This document shows positions 25,873 to 39,840 of a DNA stretch of 64,000 bases, piece after piece. This DNA comes from Chiloscyllium plagiosum (lineage: Eukaryota): positions 43,431,989 to 43,495,988 of the forward strand of contig NC_057728.1 in assembly GCF_004010195.1 (NCBI RefSeq), read 5' to 3'. The position numbers were made by a program, and so were the translations under genes. Numbering within the stretch: the stretch's first letter is position 1; each line of letters starts with the position of its first letter. Under the pieces are notes generated by a model, which had not been told where the DNA came from, did no database searches, and saw only the letters and a program-made list of their open reading frames with translations.

Positions 25873-27744
25873 CCTCTCTTCAATGTTGTGAGCATTACCC
25901 CTTACAGGAAGTGAGTTCCAGATTCCTACCACCCTCTGAGTGAAAAAAAATTCTCACATCCTCTTGATACCTCCTGCCTCTTACCTTAAATCTATGTTCC
26001 CCTTTTCATTGATCCTCCTATCAGGGGGAAAAGTTCCTTTCTGTCTTCTCTGACGCCTCTTATAATTTTATTCATCTCAATCATGGCACCCCTCAGTTTC
26101 CTCTGTTCCAAGGAAAATGACCCCAAGCTATCTAATCTCTCTTCGTAACTAAACCTCTCCTCCCCAGGCAACATCCTGGCAAATCTCCACAGTACAAAAA
26201 TCACATTCCTCCTACCACATGGATTCCAGAACTGCAGACAACACTCTACCTATGGCCGAACAAACTTTTTTATAGAGTTCCAGCATGGGATTGGATTTTC
26301 AATGTTGCCTTTTCATTTCCATTGTTTCACCGATGTGAAACCATAAACAGGCACACATTACACCAATTCCCTGCTCATTTTATTCAGAGCAAGATTTTTC
26401 AAAGGGCTTCTATGAATACCATGCAGCAATACACTCACACTCCCAGTGTAAAATACCTGGATTAGTGCCACCTACTCTCCATAGATGCAGCCTGATCTGG
26501 TGAGTATTTCTAGCATTTTTGGATTCCATTTAAAATTTTCAATATCCAAGCATTTTGTTTTTATATTTTGAAAATGAGTAAAGCTTTCACTGCTTCTTCA
26601 TCCCTGAAATCTGGAGACAAGGAAAATAGGTTGTGGGATGCCAACATGGTTAACCCAATAAAAGAAATGGTCTACTCCCAGCATTAATAATTACACTGTT
26701 AAAACAAGTTCAGACACTGCTGTCTGGGATTGTCAAAAGAAAACATCTTTCACAGGCAATAATTCCCAGGGATGACATGAGGGAACTACGCTAACTGTTG
26801 TTCGGCAGTAAAGGTCAAAATTTCAAAAATATTAATGTTTACTGATTCTTTCAGATTTTCATGGGGTCATATGCCTCACTGGTCAAACAAACCACCAGTC
26901 ATTATTCAGGACAGAAATACATTCATTCAAAATGTTCAGAAAAATATGACAGCAGAATGGCAGGACTCAGAAATTCTTGAACTGCCTCTCTGAATCCTTT
27001 GATAAATTATTACATGAACTACAGATCCTCTATACTTCAATGATGCCTCAAAATGGGTAATGGCCAACAATAAAAATAATTCAAATCAATGCACTGTTCT
27101 CACAAAGTCATTATGCTGTTACAGAAAGATGATTACATGCAACATTTCGAGAAATAAGATAGATATCTTCAACTGAACTATAGGGTAGCAATGACAATAA
27201 ACTTGCAATCTCTCCTTGTTCTGAGAAACTTTTTTATTAGTTGCTTTGCCTACAGCAAACTAATTATCAACTTGCCTCTGGACACCCTGATTAATCATGT
27301 CTAAATCATCAATGCATTTATTTATTTATAGAGTCAACTTACAGAATCACAACGTCAAGCAAAAGCACTCTTAGTGAATTGATTGGATTCTTCAAATTCA
27401 CCCTCAAATTTTGCAGAAACTTCTTTACACTGTAGATTATTGCTTGGGATGCACCACAGTTGCAGCCTATATGATCATAATGACCCCACTGATGTTGGGT
27501 TGTTTTACTGTTGACAAGTGAACTCAAAATTAAGTGAACAAACAAAGAGCCCTATAATAAGAAAGTGGGTTCAGTGAATGTTTTCTCATGCTAATCCTCC
27601 TGCTATGTTGCTGTGGGTCTGGAATCATATGCAGGCTAGACCAGGTAAAGGTGGCAGATTTCCTTCCATAAAGAACAAGACAGAATTTCATATCCATCAG
27701 CAAGTATGGTTTAGTAACAGCACAATTTACTGTATTAACCAAAT

Positions 27745-28070
27745 TCTAAAGGACATAGCTGCTAGACTGGTCCAGTGGTAGTGATGTGGAGGGGGGAAGG
27801 GATAGTAGGAGGAAAAATATATTTGACTTTCACCTCACCAATCCACTTGTTGCAAATGCACCTATCCATGACAGTATCAGTAGCAGTGACCACTGCACAA
27901 TCATTGGGAAGAACAAGTCCCACCTTCACATCGAGGATACCTCCATTGTATTGTGTTGCACTACTGCCATGCTGAATAGGATTGATTTCAAACAGATTAA
28001 GTACCTCAAGACTGGACCATCCATGAGGCACTGTAGCCACCAGCAGTAGTAGCCACCAGCTTGAGATATT
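27745..28070 (+). mobile_element. LINE endonuclease fragment (second CR1/L2-group family)
   Basis: NIFDFHLTN...SISSSDHCTI; homologous to ~38380-38600 on the minus strand. Confidence 0.7.
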
Positions 28071-28821
28071 GTCACTATTGTTATTTCCAGTGCAGGAATA
28101 GTCTGATGTAGTCAGCATAGATCAACACCTATGTTGATGGTAAGTTGAGACTAAGTTGAGGGTAGTTTGTGGGTGTAAAAGTTGACCAGTGTTGGTGTTA
28201 GGATAGAATCCAGGGTGGCTTTTTCAGGTGTTCTGAAGAAGATTTACTGGACTCAAAACATTACCTGTTTTCTCTTTGTAAATGCTGCCAGACCTGCTGA
28301 ATTTCTCTGTCAATTCCCTTTTTTTTGTAGCTTATTTATCTGTCTCCTCCAGGCACTAGTCTTGAAACCTATATGCACCCTGAAGCATCTGCCTTGGAGT
28401 AGTAGTTCAATGGTGTCAGTAACCTGGGGAGGGGAAGCTCTTGATATTTTGACAAATAGGCCAAAATATCAGACTGAATCATACGTAGCATTTGCCCTGT
28501 TTTGAGATTCCTTTCAAAATTATTCTTAATGAACGTGGATCTGATCAAAAGTGCTTTTTCTTAGTCAAAAGCTCACTCTGGATGGAATCCACTTCAGACA
28601 TGATTCACTACAGGATTAGGAGCTCCACTACATTGAACATCCTGACAGCAGAAACATTCATCAATTGTGTGAAAACAATTTTGCTTCTTCTGGGAGGCTG
28701 ATAACTTTAAACATGTGATGAGTTTGGCTTATTTTCTTCACATAAATTTTTTGGAATCAGGGAGGATGTTTTCGTAGCCAGCAACAGCGCTCAGCTTGAC
28801 AGTTTGGGGTACTTTATCCGT

Positions 28822-29735
28822 AACACCATAAGCTATAGGAGCAAAATTAAGCCATTTTGCCCATCAAGTTTGCTCCACCATTGATCATGACTGATATGTT
28901 TCCCAAACTCATTCTCCTGCTTTCTTCCTATAACCCTGAATCCCCTTACTAATCAAGTGCCTATCTACCTCGGTCTTAAATAAGCTTAATGACATGATCC
29001 TCCACAGCTTTCTGCAACAATGAGTTCTACAGATTTACCACCCTCTAGGTGAAGAAATTTCTCCTCATTTGTGATCTAAAGGGTGGTGCCTGAGGCTATG
29101 CCCTCATACCCCCGTCTCTCCTACTAGTGGATATATTTTTTCCATTCCACATTATCCAGGCCTCTGTATTCTGTGAATTTCAATGTGATATTCCCCTCTC
29201 ATCCTTCTAAACTCCATCGAGTTAAGATCTAAAGTTCTTAACTGCTGCTCATATGGCAAGCAACTAATCCGCGGGATTATTCTTGTGAACCTCCTCTGGA
29301 CTCACTCTATTGCCAGCATATCCTTCCTTAAATGGGACCCAAAACTGCTCACAATATTCCAATAGTGGTCTAACCACAGTCTTATACACCCTCAGCAATA
29401 CATCTCTGCTCTTGTATTCTGGCCCTCTTGAAATGAATGTTACCATTGCATTTGTTTTCCTAACTGCCAACTGAACTTGCATGTTAACCTTAAGGGCTTC
29501 CTGACCTAGAAGCTCTAATCCCTTTGTGTTTCAGATTTCCACAGTCCTTCTCTACTTAGAAAATAGTCTGTACTGCTATTCTTACAGCCAAGGTGCATAA
29601 CCACACATCTTCCTACATTATGATCCGTCTGCCACTTCTTTAACCACTCTCTTAGCCTGTACAAATCCTTCTGCATCCTCCTTACTTCCTCAACACGACC
29701 AGTCCGCCACTACCTTTGTGTCATTTGTCTACTTC
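28822..29735 (-). mobile_element. CR1 3' fragment
   Basis: EYKSRDVLLRVYKTVVRPLLEYCEQFW and CR1 tail. Confidence 0.9.
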
Positions 29736-30385
29736 CAGGAAGGTGAAGGCCTGAAATTGTGGCGCATATGGAGGGATCTTAATTTACTTCAAATTTGTTT
29801 CATCACTGTTTGTTTCCAGTGTTCTTTTTCCCCTATGTAAATGAATTATTCACTACCAGATAGACAAATACAGATGGGCAGGATATTGTTGATTGTTAGG
29901 TTGTTAAGAGATAGAGTAGGACTCACCACATTTCAGATTTCAGTCTAAAATCCAGATTCTTTGTGGTCTCTTTCCATCTGGCTTGGTGAGTACAGTCTCA
30001 GGATTCATTAAATGGTCTTCTGTGGTTCACTGGGGATTTATATTGCTGCAGTGGGGAGGCAAAATCCTCTTCTCGGTAAGGTACATAAACAAGGCATCAC
30101 CCCTTGAAATGGCTGATTTGCAGACAGGTCTATGGAAGTGATCATATGTCAGCTCCAGGGGCCATTTCAGAATAGCAGCAGGATGGATCACTATTGATAG
30201 GAACCCCAGTAAACCTTACAAAGGCAGCAGTAATTATAGTGAAACATTCAACATGAAGTAAGAAAGAGGTGCTACATGAATAGAAGACACAAAAACATTG
30301 CCTACAGGCTCACATATTTGAAGGTGAAGATTCAAGTAGAGATGACATAGTGTGAAGTTCTCTTCCCTGAGGACAGTATAAAGAG

Positions 30386-30584
30386 GAAGTGAGGACAGCA
30401 GATGCTGGAGATCAGAGCTGAAAATGTGTTGCTGGAAAAGCGCAGCAGGTCAGGCAGCATCCAAGGAGCAGGAGAATCGACGTTTCGGACATGAGCCCTT
30501 CTTCAGGCTCATGCCCGAATCGTCGATTCTCCTGCTCCTTGGATGCTGCCTGACCTGCTGCACTTTTCCAGCAACACATTTTCA
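30386..30584. mobile_element. Palindromic PLE-derived element with minus-strand hammerhead motif
   Basis: Near-perfect long inverted arms; TSD GACAGTATAAAGAG at 30372-30385 and 30585-30598; minus strand CTGAAGAAGGGCTCATGTCCGAAACGTC (30479-30506). Confidence 0.88.
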
Positions 30585-30637
30585 GACAGTATAAAGAGAC
30601 CAACCAGCCTCAGTAAGAAGGCATGACTTCAACAGGC

Positions 30638-31514
30638 TGTTATGAAGATATGATTGTACTGTATCTTTAAGAGAGTTAAAAGCTAGCAGAACTACCTGAT
30701 AGCACTAAGTGTTCTGAACAAGATATAATGTAACCTTTGGTCCAATAGCTAGGGTAGCTGGTTGCCTGGAAACGACAGATTTGAATTAGTCCAATCAGTT
30801 TACACTATTCCCCAAAAAATACCAAACTCCAATCAAGTTTGAATTTAGTATATTGACAATCTTAAAAGGCAATAACACAATCCGATACAAGACTGGGAAA
30901 ATTGAACAGTTGGGAGGAGAACTGCCAGCCACCAGCTTGCACAGACTGCCTGAAAAATAGCTCTCTTAAAGGTATTTTTATTGATCAGTAACCTATGAAA
31001 CAGAAATCCCTAAGAAGAAGAAAAGAAGACAGAGGAAGATATAGCAAGAAGATTCGACATCTGGCTGGTTTTGAAAATTTGAAATTTGGTAAATATTAAT
31101 TGGGGGTTTTATTAGACTAGTATTGTAGAAGGGGAAGGTAAAAGATAGGTTAGAGGAAGGAGTTGTAAATAGTTGTGAGTTAATTATTCTCACAATAAGA
31201 AATAAGGTTGTTAATTTTTACTTTAAATAGTTCTTGGCCTCTCAGATTTTCACAGATTACTGCATGGTATAAATCTTTTCTGTGTGGCTGCTTTAAATAG
31301 AACATAGAACAATACAGCACAGAACAGGCCCTTTGGTCCTCGATGTTGTGCTGACCAGTGAACTAACCTAAGCCCATCCTCCTACACTATCCCATTATCA
31401 TCCATACACTTATCCAAGGATTGTTTAAATATCCCTAATGTTAACTACATTGGCAGGCAGGGCATTCCATACCCTTACCACTCTCTGAGTAGGAGGTTTA
31501 CCCATTTCATAACA
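30638..31514 (+). mobile_element. Solo LTR
   Basis: Termini TGTTATGAA / TTCATAACA (9-bp inverted repeat, TG..CA); TSD AGGC/ATGC; CCAAT boxes; no internal domain; orientation inferred. Confidence 0.75.
31297..31490 (-). mobile_element. Short CR1 tail inserted in the solo LTR
   Basis: ATAGAACATAGAACA tail repeats and CR1 3' sequence. Confidence 0.85.
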
Positions 31515-32999
31515 ATGCTAAGGCTGGTACTCCATTTGGATTATGGTGCAATAGTGGAGTGCCATTGCCAACCTGACCTCGATGGAGGAGGAAGTCCCGG
31601 AGATCGATTGGGTGACATAAATACAATTCTTTCCTGATGGTGATATAGTGCAGGACCAGTATCCTGGTGAAAACATAAGCATTGATTCTTGACATTCAAC
31701 TGTCACTCATTAAATTTCATGATTTGCACAAGGTTACTTGAAAATCTTTCTCAGTATCCTGATGATATGCAATCATGTGGTTCCTGTGCACCCTTCACCA
31801 GTGTTGATGCATGTATACTGGCAGGTCAAACTTCTCAGATAGATAGGATAGCATATGGTGAGGGGAACAATATGAGAGTGGGGGCACATATTGGAGATAG
31901 GGTCAGCAGTTGAGAGACCTTGTCAGAGACCAATCCGACACTTCCAACTCTGCATAGCTAGACACAGCTGGTGAGCCTCACAGGTTGCACAATGAGTAGA
32001 TATTTGTATAGTAACAAATGTTACAATTTCGAGAGGCAGTCCACAGCCTTGCATAGAAATGGAGGATCCATCCCTGGCATGAGCACTGTAATGTCTCAGG
32101 CATTTTCACTGGTAACAATCTCCCTTGATGCAATGGCCTATTTAATGGAGGGTCAGATGTGCCAAGTCATCAAATTCATGCAGACACCGTAATATCCTGA
32201 CCATTATGACTTCTAATTTGCACAACATTGATCAAAGCATACTTAATGGCTGAACACGACACTTACAGCGAAGTGTTCTCCTGCTCATGTCTGGTAGATG
32301 GGCCCTGAGAGTAAAGATGGAAGAAGATTGTTTGCAGTGAGGGCTCTATCAAAATATCACCAGTTCACATCATATATCTAACATACATATATATTATGTC
32401 CTGCCCAGTGATTAAATCTGATTGCCTCACCTAACATCTGTGCACAATCTTTGGCAAAGTCTGTATGGGCTTCAAAACCAGAAGATGTTCTCCAAAGGCA
32501 TCTCATTCTTCAAAGCAGGATAATAAGCCACCTTTCTATAATTCTGTTGAAGTCACAGAAGTAACCCACATAGAAGTAAATGAAAAAAGTATGAGAAAAG
32601 GGTTCTAGATTAGGTGCTTATTACTTTGTCAATACTTCAGTGATGTTCTTTATTTTGGTTTTCTGAAAACCAAATAGGTTTTCTGAACTAATTATTGAAA
32701 AAACCTTTTTTTTTGGAATTATATTGACACTGGTCAGTTCATTTCTTTGAATGGCACAAGCAGCCTTGATAAAGAGATGGGTAGCTGTGTGGATGACTGA
32801 AGGGAGAAGATTTACTGTTATAGAAGTGGGATGTGTGGGTAGATATTAGTACAGGGGTCATATAGGAAGTTTTCAAAGCAGTAAACACGCTTTCCATGTT
32901 AAGGTTGATAGTATCATGAACTTTTCTGACAGGCAGCTCTGCAAATGTAAACATAAATGATAATTTTGGATCTTTCTCCTCCCCTTTCAGGAATGTTAG

Positions 33000-33900
33000 A
33001 TTTGCTCCACCTTCTGCAGGCACCAAATCCTGTCCTCTCTGCTGCACCATGTTGCGTACAGCACAGCAGATTATTATAGTCTGGATGACGTTTAATGGGG
33101 CATACTATAGAATATTTCCAGATTAGTCAACATAATAGAAGTTCATTTTGAACTAGCCCAACAGCATTCTCTGTTGTAGTACTGGTGGCTCTAACTTCTA
33201 CCTCTTCTGTGCTTTTGTGGACAGTTTACTCATTAGCGTCATCAGTCAGGTATTGAGATGTCAAATGAAGGTTACACATTAAGAAAGTGGAATCCCTTTC
33301 AAACATGCCTGGTTGTTCTGATTACATCTTTCTTTCCCCTTCAATCTATGACCTCTTGAATGTGTAGAAATTTTATAAAGAAAGTAAAGCTAACAGCTCT
33401 CTTGATTTGACTGACCATATTGTCTCAAGATTGATGTGCAACCCGCATGAACAGGGCATCAATGATGTTGCTAATGCAGTTGTTGATTATGAGACCTTAC
33501 ATATGTCAGCAGCGGAATCCTGGCAGAATCAGTAATAAAAACATTATTTGGAGATGCTGGTGTTGGACTGGGGTGTTCAAAGTTAAAACTCACACAACAC
33601 CAGGTTATAGTCCAACAGTTTTAATTGGAAGCACTAGCTTTTGGAGCACTGCTCCTTCATCTGGTTGACAACCACCTGATGAAGGAACAGTTCTCCGAAA
33701 GCTAGTGCTTCCAAATAAACCTATTGGACTATAACTTGATGTTGTGAGAGTTTTAACTTCATAAAAACATTGAGAGCTAAAGTTAACAACATACAGTGAA
33801 TGTCTATCCACTCCTTTTGTATAGAAGTTTTATTCTAAGAGGTTGCAGAGATCTATGATGACCTACCATGAGAACCTAAGTCTTTATAGGTACTGCTGTT
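33000..33900 (-). pseudogene. Degenerate Harbinger transposase, interrupted by a PLE palindrome
   Basis: FCQDSAADICKVS, INNCISNIIDALF, KGFHFLNV, YAPLNVIQTIIICCAVRNMVQQRG occur in HARBI1-like order. Confidence 0.75.
33546..33760. mobile_element. Palindromic PLE-derived element with hammerhead motif
   Basis: Inverted arms; perfect TSD ATAAAAACATT at 33535-33545 and 33761-33771; CTGATGAAGGAACAGTTCTCCGAAAGCTA at 33676-33704 with cac/gtg helix I. Confidence 0.88.
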
Positions 33901-35744
33901 CAGAAAGCTTAACATATATGATAGTTGGCCTAGAGACTTTATGCTAATAGCATTACTTCCTCCCTCCAGGCAAAAAGGTAGGATTACTTTCTTGTGATAT
34001 GATACAAACCACATGATACAACTTGCATAAAACTACTGCCATCAACAATTCATTAAACTAACTGAGAGAACTGCTCTAGTTAACATAAATCTTTCATTGT
34101 GACTGATTGTAAATTTAACCCTTTACACTGTTCATATCAGGTGAATTTCACTACATGCTGAGTGTCCATTGTGTATTCAGCTTCTTCAACATAGCATATG
34201 TGTGATCTGTGTGCTATTGGAAAGAGGGATTCTATGCTTGAAAAGGATTTTAATTGTTTCATAAATTACCTCAATGGATGGGTCCTGCCAGGTACAACAT
34301 TGCTGGACTTGTAAGCCACCCTCAGGAAAACCAAATCTTAACCCAATGTTTTTTTTCTGGGGCTTTTTCACTGAGCTGATGTTATTTCATCAACAACATT
34401 TTAAAAGTCAATTGTTTTTCACTTTCTTGGTCCAAATAACACATGGTTGTTCATAGGAAACATATCATGCTCTGGATGTTAGGAGGAAGAAAATACACTT
34501 TTTAATGGAATGTTAATTGTGCCTCTTCTGCTTGTTTGACATCAAGGCCTGTTTTGAACCATTTTCACCTGGCAGGATTTTGACAAGTGCTAGAAATTGT
34601 GAAAAGTGACATACTGTTTATTCTTTTTGAAAACTCACTGACCGCAAATTTAATATAGCAGGTAACTGAGGTTCCTAAAGCACCCACAAGATAAAAACAG
34701 ATATCTTGTTAGTAAATCACGTTAGAGATTTTTAATGCCTTAAGGATAATGTCACAGATTTGAAGTTGCAACGCTTATTGGAAAAACTGTCAAGTCAACA
34801 CTAATGGGATTCTAAGTACAAATGAGTGACATATTTAAAAGCTACATTTAAATAGGCAATCTTCTGAAGACAATTGAATCAACAGGACTTGTTTGTGATT
34901 GTGAGTAGTAAATTTCCAGGTCAGTTCAAAGCAAGTCAATTTGCATCTTTCCAGTTTCCTCTTGCATACATTTATCAAGAACACTGCTTTCCATGAATAC
35001 TGTATTTGTTTGGCTCATTTGAATGACTAAACAATTGAAGGAAGGTAACAAGCAGCAGGAACCTCTTCCTGCCATCATAAGTAACAAGAAAGAGAAAATA
35101 GCAGGTGTGGGAGTTGCTCGTCAAATACCAGGTACAATCCACATGTCCATTGGATAAAATTACTTCCAAAACTTTCTGAGGAACAGTGTACGATATTTCT
35201 ACATATAACAGTGACTACAGTTCAAAACTTCTTCTCTAGCTAGAAAACAGGTGACTCACTAGTGATTCCCACAATCCTTTTATTCTGTGATAATCATCCA
35301 CCAATCCAGTCTCATCAAGGGTTCCTGCCAATAAATCACAACTTCATCCTTTTCCTGCCTATCCAATACTATCAGAGCTTTGATATCTGGTGCACGTTCA
35401 TAGCTTCCTCTCCAATTAAACAATGGAACATATTACTTGTGCCAAATCACACATTAACATACTTGTGAAATATGAAAATCCAAGTTCAATGGAGTAACTT
35501 TAATCAGAAAATGAGTTAAATGCATGTGAGGTCACACTGCCTTCCTGCCATGCTCAATTAAGTTGGTGACATTGCCTTGCCACCACTTGAGGTCCCAAAG
35601 TTATTAATGCTTACCTAGGGGACTTCATATATACCCAGTGGCAAATGGAGGAAGAGGTGCTCACGATGTGGGAATCCCAAATAATAAATATCTCAGGTTG
35701 CATGTGAGTTTCAAGGGTGAGGGTGCTACCTCATTTAGTGATGT

Positions 35745-35890
35745 CATCGAGTCATAGAGATCTACAGCACAGAAAAAAGGCCCTTCATTTCATTGTGTCC
35801 ATGGCAATCAAAAACAACTTCCTAACCATTCTAATCCTATTTTCCACCACTTGGCCCATAGCCATTATGCCTTGACATAGTAAGTGTACT
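35745..35890 (-). mobile_element. Short CR1 tail fragment
   Basis: GAGTCATAGAG tail; similar to 21065-21214. Confidence 0.7.
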
Positions 35891-35895
35891 TGTTT

Positions 35896-38800
35896 TTTTA
35901 AAATTCGCTTGTGGGACTAGGCATCACTGCACAATACTTATTGACCATCTCTAGTTGCCCATGCAAAATGGTGATGAGCTGCCTTCTTGAACTGTTACAG
36001 TCCATGTCCTGCAAATAGACCCACAATGCCCTCAGGGAGTAAACTCCAGGACGTTGGCCAAGAGACAGTAAAGGAATGGCAATATATTTCCAAGTCAGGA
36101 TGCTGAGTGATTTGGGGGGGAAGCTTGCAGATGCATTGTATCTGCTTCCCATGACCTTCTAGACAGAAGTGTCATGGAATTGGAAAGTGCTGATTAAGGA
36201 TCTTTGGTGAATTTCTGCACGGCATCTTGTAGATAGTATACACTGCTGCTACTGAGAGTTGGTGGTGCAGGGACTGGATGTTTGTGGATGTGGAGCCTAT
36301 TAAGTCGGATGGTTTGCCCTGGATAGTGTCAAACTTCTTAAGTGTTGTGGGAACTGCACCAGTCTAGGCAAGTAGTATGTATTCCATCTTACTCCTGACT
36401 TGTGCTTTGCAGATGCAGCCTTTGGAGAGTCAAGGGATGAGTTATTCACTGCCATATTCTTTGTGTCTGGCCTGCTCTTGTAAACATTGCCTTCATATGA
36501 TAGGTCCAGTGAGTTTCTGGTCAAAGGTAAACCCCAGGATCTTTATAGTGGGAGATTCAGTGATGGTAACATCATTGATTGTTAAGGGGCAGTGATTAGA
36601 TTGACATTTATTGGAGATGGTCATTGCCTGGCATTTGTGTGGCACAAATGTTACTTGTGACTTGTCAGCCCAAGGCTATATATTGTCAAGATAGAGTCAT
36701 ACAGCACAGAAATAGACCCTTCAATCCAACTCGTCCACATCAATCTGACCTAATCTCATTTGCCAGCATTTGGCTCATATGTCTCTAAACCCTTCCTATT
36801 CATACCCATTCAGATATCTTTTAAATGTTGTATTGTATTGTACCAACCTCCACCACTTCATCTGACAGCTCATTCCACACATGCAACACACATGTTACCC
36901 CTCAGGTCCATTTTAAATCTTTGCCCTCTCACTGTAAACCTACGCCCTCCAGTTTTGGACTAGGAAAAAGATATTGGCTATTCACCCAATCCATGCCCCT
37001 CGTGATTTTATAAACCTCTACAAGGTCACCCCTCAGCCTCCCTTGCTCCAGGAAGAAAAGCCCCAGCCTATTCAGCCTCTCCCTATAACTTAAACCCTCC
37101 AGTCCCAGCAAAACCCTTATAAATCTTTTCTGCACTCTCTCAAATTTAACAACATCCTTCCCATAGAAGGACGACCAGAATTGTATGTAGTTTTCCAAAA
37201 GTGGTCTCACCAATGTCCTGTAAACCCACAACATGACATTGCAACTCCTGTATTCAATGTTCTGACCAGTGTGCCAAACATCTTTTTCACCACCCTGTCT
37301 ACCTGTGATTCCACTTTCAAGGAACTATGCACCTTCATCCCTAGGTCTCTTTATTCAGCAACACTCCCCAGAGCCCCAGCTGTATAAGTCCTGCCCTGAC
37401 TTGCCTTACCAAATGTTACACTCGGTCAAACGCAGCTGTCATTCTCACCTCATCTCTGGAACTTCACTGTTTTGTCCATGTTGAACCAAAGCTCTAATGA
37501 GATCAGGAGCTGAGTGGCTGTGGCAGAAAACAAACTGGATGGGGGGGTCAATGAACATATTATTGCTAAGCAACTGATGCTCGGATAAAGCCGCTTATCA
37601 CTTGACTGATGACCGGGAGGTAATTGGCCAGGTTGGATTTGACTTGCTTTTGTGACATATCTGGGCAATTTTCCACATTGTCAGGCAGATGCCAGTGTTG
37701 TAACTGTATTGGAAGAACTTTGCCACAGGAGCAGAAAATTGTTGGGCATAGGTCTTCAGCACTATTATTGGAATATTGTCAGGGCCCACAGCTTTTGCAG
37801 TATCCAGCGTCTCAAATCATTTAATGATATCACATGGGTGAATTAAATTGGTTGAAGACTGGCATCTGTGATGGGGACCACTGGAGTAGCCCAAGATGGA
37901 TCATCCATTCAGCACTTCTGGCTGAAGATTGTTGTGAATGCTTCAGCCTTATCTTTTGCACTAATGTGCTGGAACTCTTCCATCATTGAAGATGTAAGCA
38001 TTTATGTGGCCTTTTCCTCCTGTGACTTCTTTTTTTAACTATCCACCAGCATTCACAACAAGATGTGGCAGGACTACAGAGCTTAGATCTAATCCATTGC
38101 TTGTGGAATCACTTAGCTCTGTCTGCCACCTTCTGCTTATACTATCTGGCATGGAAGTAGTTCTGTTTGGTAGCTTTGACATCTCATTTTTTGGTATTCC
38201 TGGTGCTGCATTCAGCATGTCCTCCTGCATTCTCCAATGAGCCTGGGTTGATCCCTTAACTGGATGGTGATAGTTGAGTGGGGATGTGTGAGCCATGAGG
38301 TTGAAGATTGTCTTGCAATTCTGCTGCTGTTGATGGTCCACTGCACCGATTGGATACCCAATCTTGAATTCCTAGATCTGTTTAAAGTCTGTCCTATAGA
38401 TGTGATGGTGCTACACAACTCAATGGAGGGTATTCTCAATGTGAAGGTGGGACTTCATCTCCACAAGGTCTGTGTGGTGTTCACTCTTACTGATACTGCC
38501 ATTGGCAGATGCATCTTTGGCCAGCAGATTGGTGAGGAAGAGGTCAAGTAGGTTTTCCCGTCTATTGGTTCCCTCACCATCTGTTGCAGATCCAGTCCAA
38601 CAGTTATGTCCTGTAGGATCTGACCAGTTCCATCAGTGGTACTGCTGCCAATCTACTATTGGTGGCCAGCATTGAAATCCCTCACCTCATATTTTGCACC
38701 CTTGACGCCTTCAGTGCTTCCTCCAAGTGATGTTCAACATGGAGGAGTATTGATTCACCAGCTGAGGAGGAACAGGTACATGGTAATCAGCAGGTTTCAT

Positions 38801-39050
38801 TGCCCATGTTTGACCTGATGCCATGAAATTTCACGAGGTCTGGTGTCAATGTTGAAGAGTCCTAGGACAACTTCTTCCTAACTGTATATTACTGTGCTGC
38901 CACCTCTACTGCATCTGTCTTACCAGTGGAACAGGACATAACTAGGGATGGTGATGGCAGAGTCTGCGACATTGTCTGTAAAGTATGATTCTATGAGAAT
39001 TTTTATATTCCGACTGAGGATTCACTCACCTTGAGACAGTTCTCCCAGTT
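35896..39050 (-). mobile_element. Decayed CR1/L2-group LINE (second family), interrupted by CR1
   Basis: RT MGPDNIPIIVLKT..APVAKFFQYSYNTG..WKIAQ; endonuclease remnants ~38400-38900. Confidence 0.8.
36690..37430 (-). mobile_element. CR1 3' fragment nested in the above LINE
   Basis: YRTLVRPLLENYIQFWS; GAGTCATA tail. Confidence 0.9.
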
Positions 39051-39074
39051 TTGTCTTCATTTCTTTGTTAAGAC

Positions 39075-39380
39075 TTTGTTAGCCACTGATAAAACTGAGG
39101 GGCAGTAAGAGTCAACCACATTGCTGTGGGAGTAACACGTAGACCAGTCCAGACCAGACAAGGATGGAAGATTTACTTCCCTGAAGGGCATTAGTGGACC
39201 AGATGGGTTTTTCCAGCAATCAATAATTGTTTCATGGTCATTAGTAGATTCTTAATTCAGGATTTTGTTTTAAATTGAAATCAAATTCCACCATTTGCTT
39301 TGGTGGGTTTCAAACCCCGGTCTCCAGAACATTAGCTATGTTTCTGGATTAATAGTCTAGCCATAATATCATTAGGGCAT
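39075..39380 (-). mobile_element. tRNA-derived SINE
   Basis: Minus-strand head with B-box-like GGTTTGAAACCC; body CAGCAATGTGGTTGACTCTT; related fragment at ~27590-27720. Confidence 0.6.
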
Positions 39381-39399
39381 CTTTCACTGCTCTCTCTGA

Positions 39400-39840
39400 A
39401 AGAAAATTTCATAAACTAATAACTTTCTGAGAAATTCCTCTCATCTCCATCTCAAATGGGATAGTGCTTAATTTTAAATTGTGCTCCCTAGGTCTAGATT
39501 GCACAGTACCTACTCTGTTAAGCCCCCCTCCCCCCCATAGAATCAGACATTTTCCAGTAATGGCACTTATCATTCTTCTAATTGCTAAATCTTTTCACAT
39601 AAGCCAACCTCTTCATTGCAGGAATTAGCTGAGTAAAACTTCTGTGAATTGCTTCCACTGCAAGTAATTCCTTTCTGAGGTTGGGAGACCAAAATTGTGC
39701 AGAGTGCTTTAGTTGTGGTTTTGCACTTTGTACAGCTGTATCAAGACTTCACTAGTTCTAAACTCTCTGCTCTGTACGATATAGGCCAACATTCCGTTTG
39801 TCTTCATAATTACTTGCTGTACCTGAGTGCTAACATTTTT
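39400..39840 (-). mobile_element. Old CR1 fragment
   Basis: Degenerate LKHSAQFWSP region. Confidence 0.6.

Larger units (their letters stand above)
21065..26285 (-). mobile_element. Older CR1 3' fragment, split (21065-21214 and ~25875-26285) by a younger CR1
   Basis: Tail at 21065 resumes at ~25875 with MVGIWNSLP and FSYEERLDSLG. Confidence 0.7.

Noticed and set aside
29921..30060. Possible minus-strand exon ending at gtgagt
   Set aside because: Stops in all frames within a short distance and no convincing acceptor
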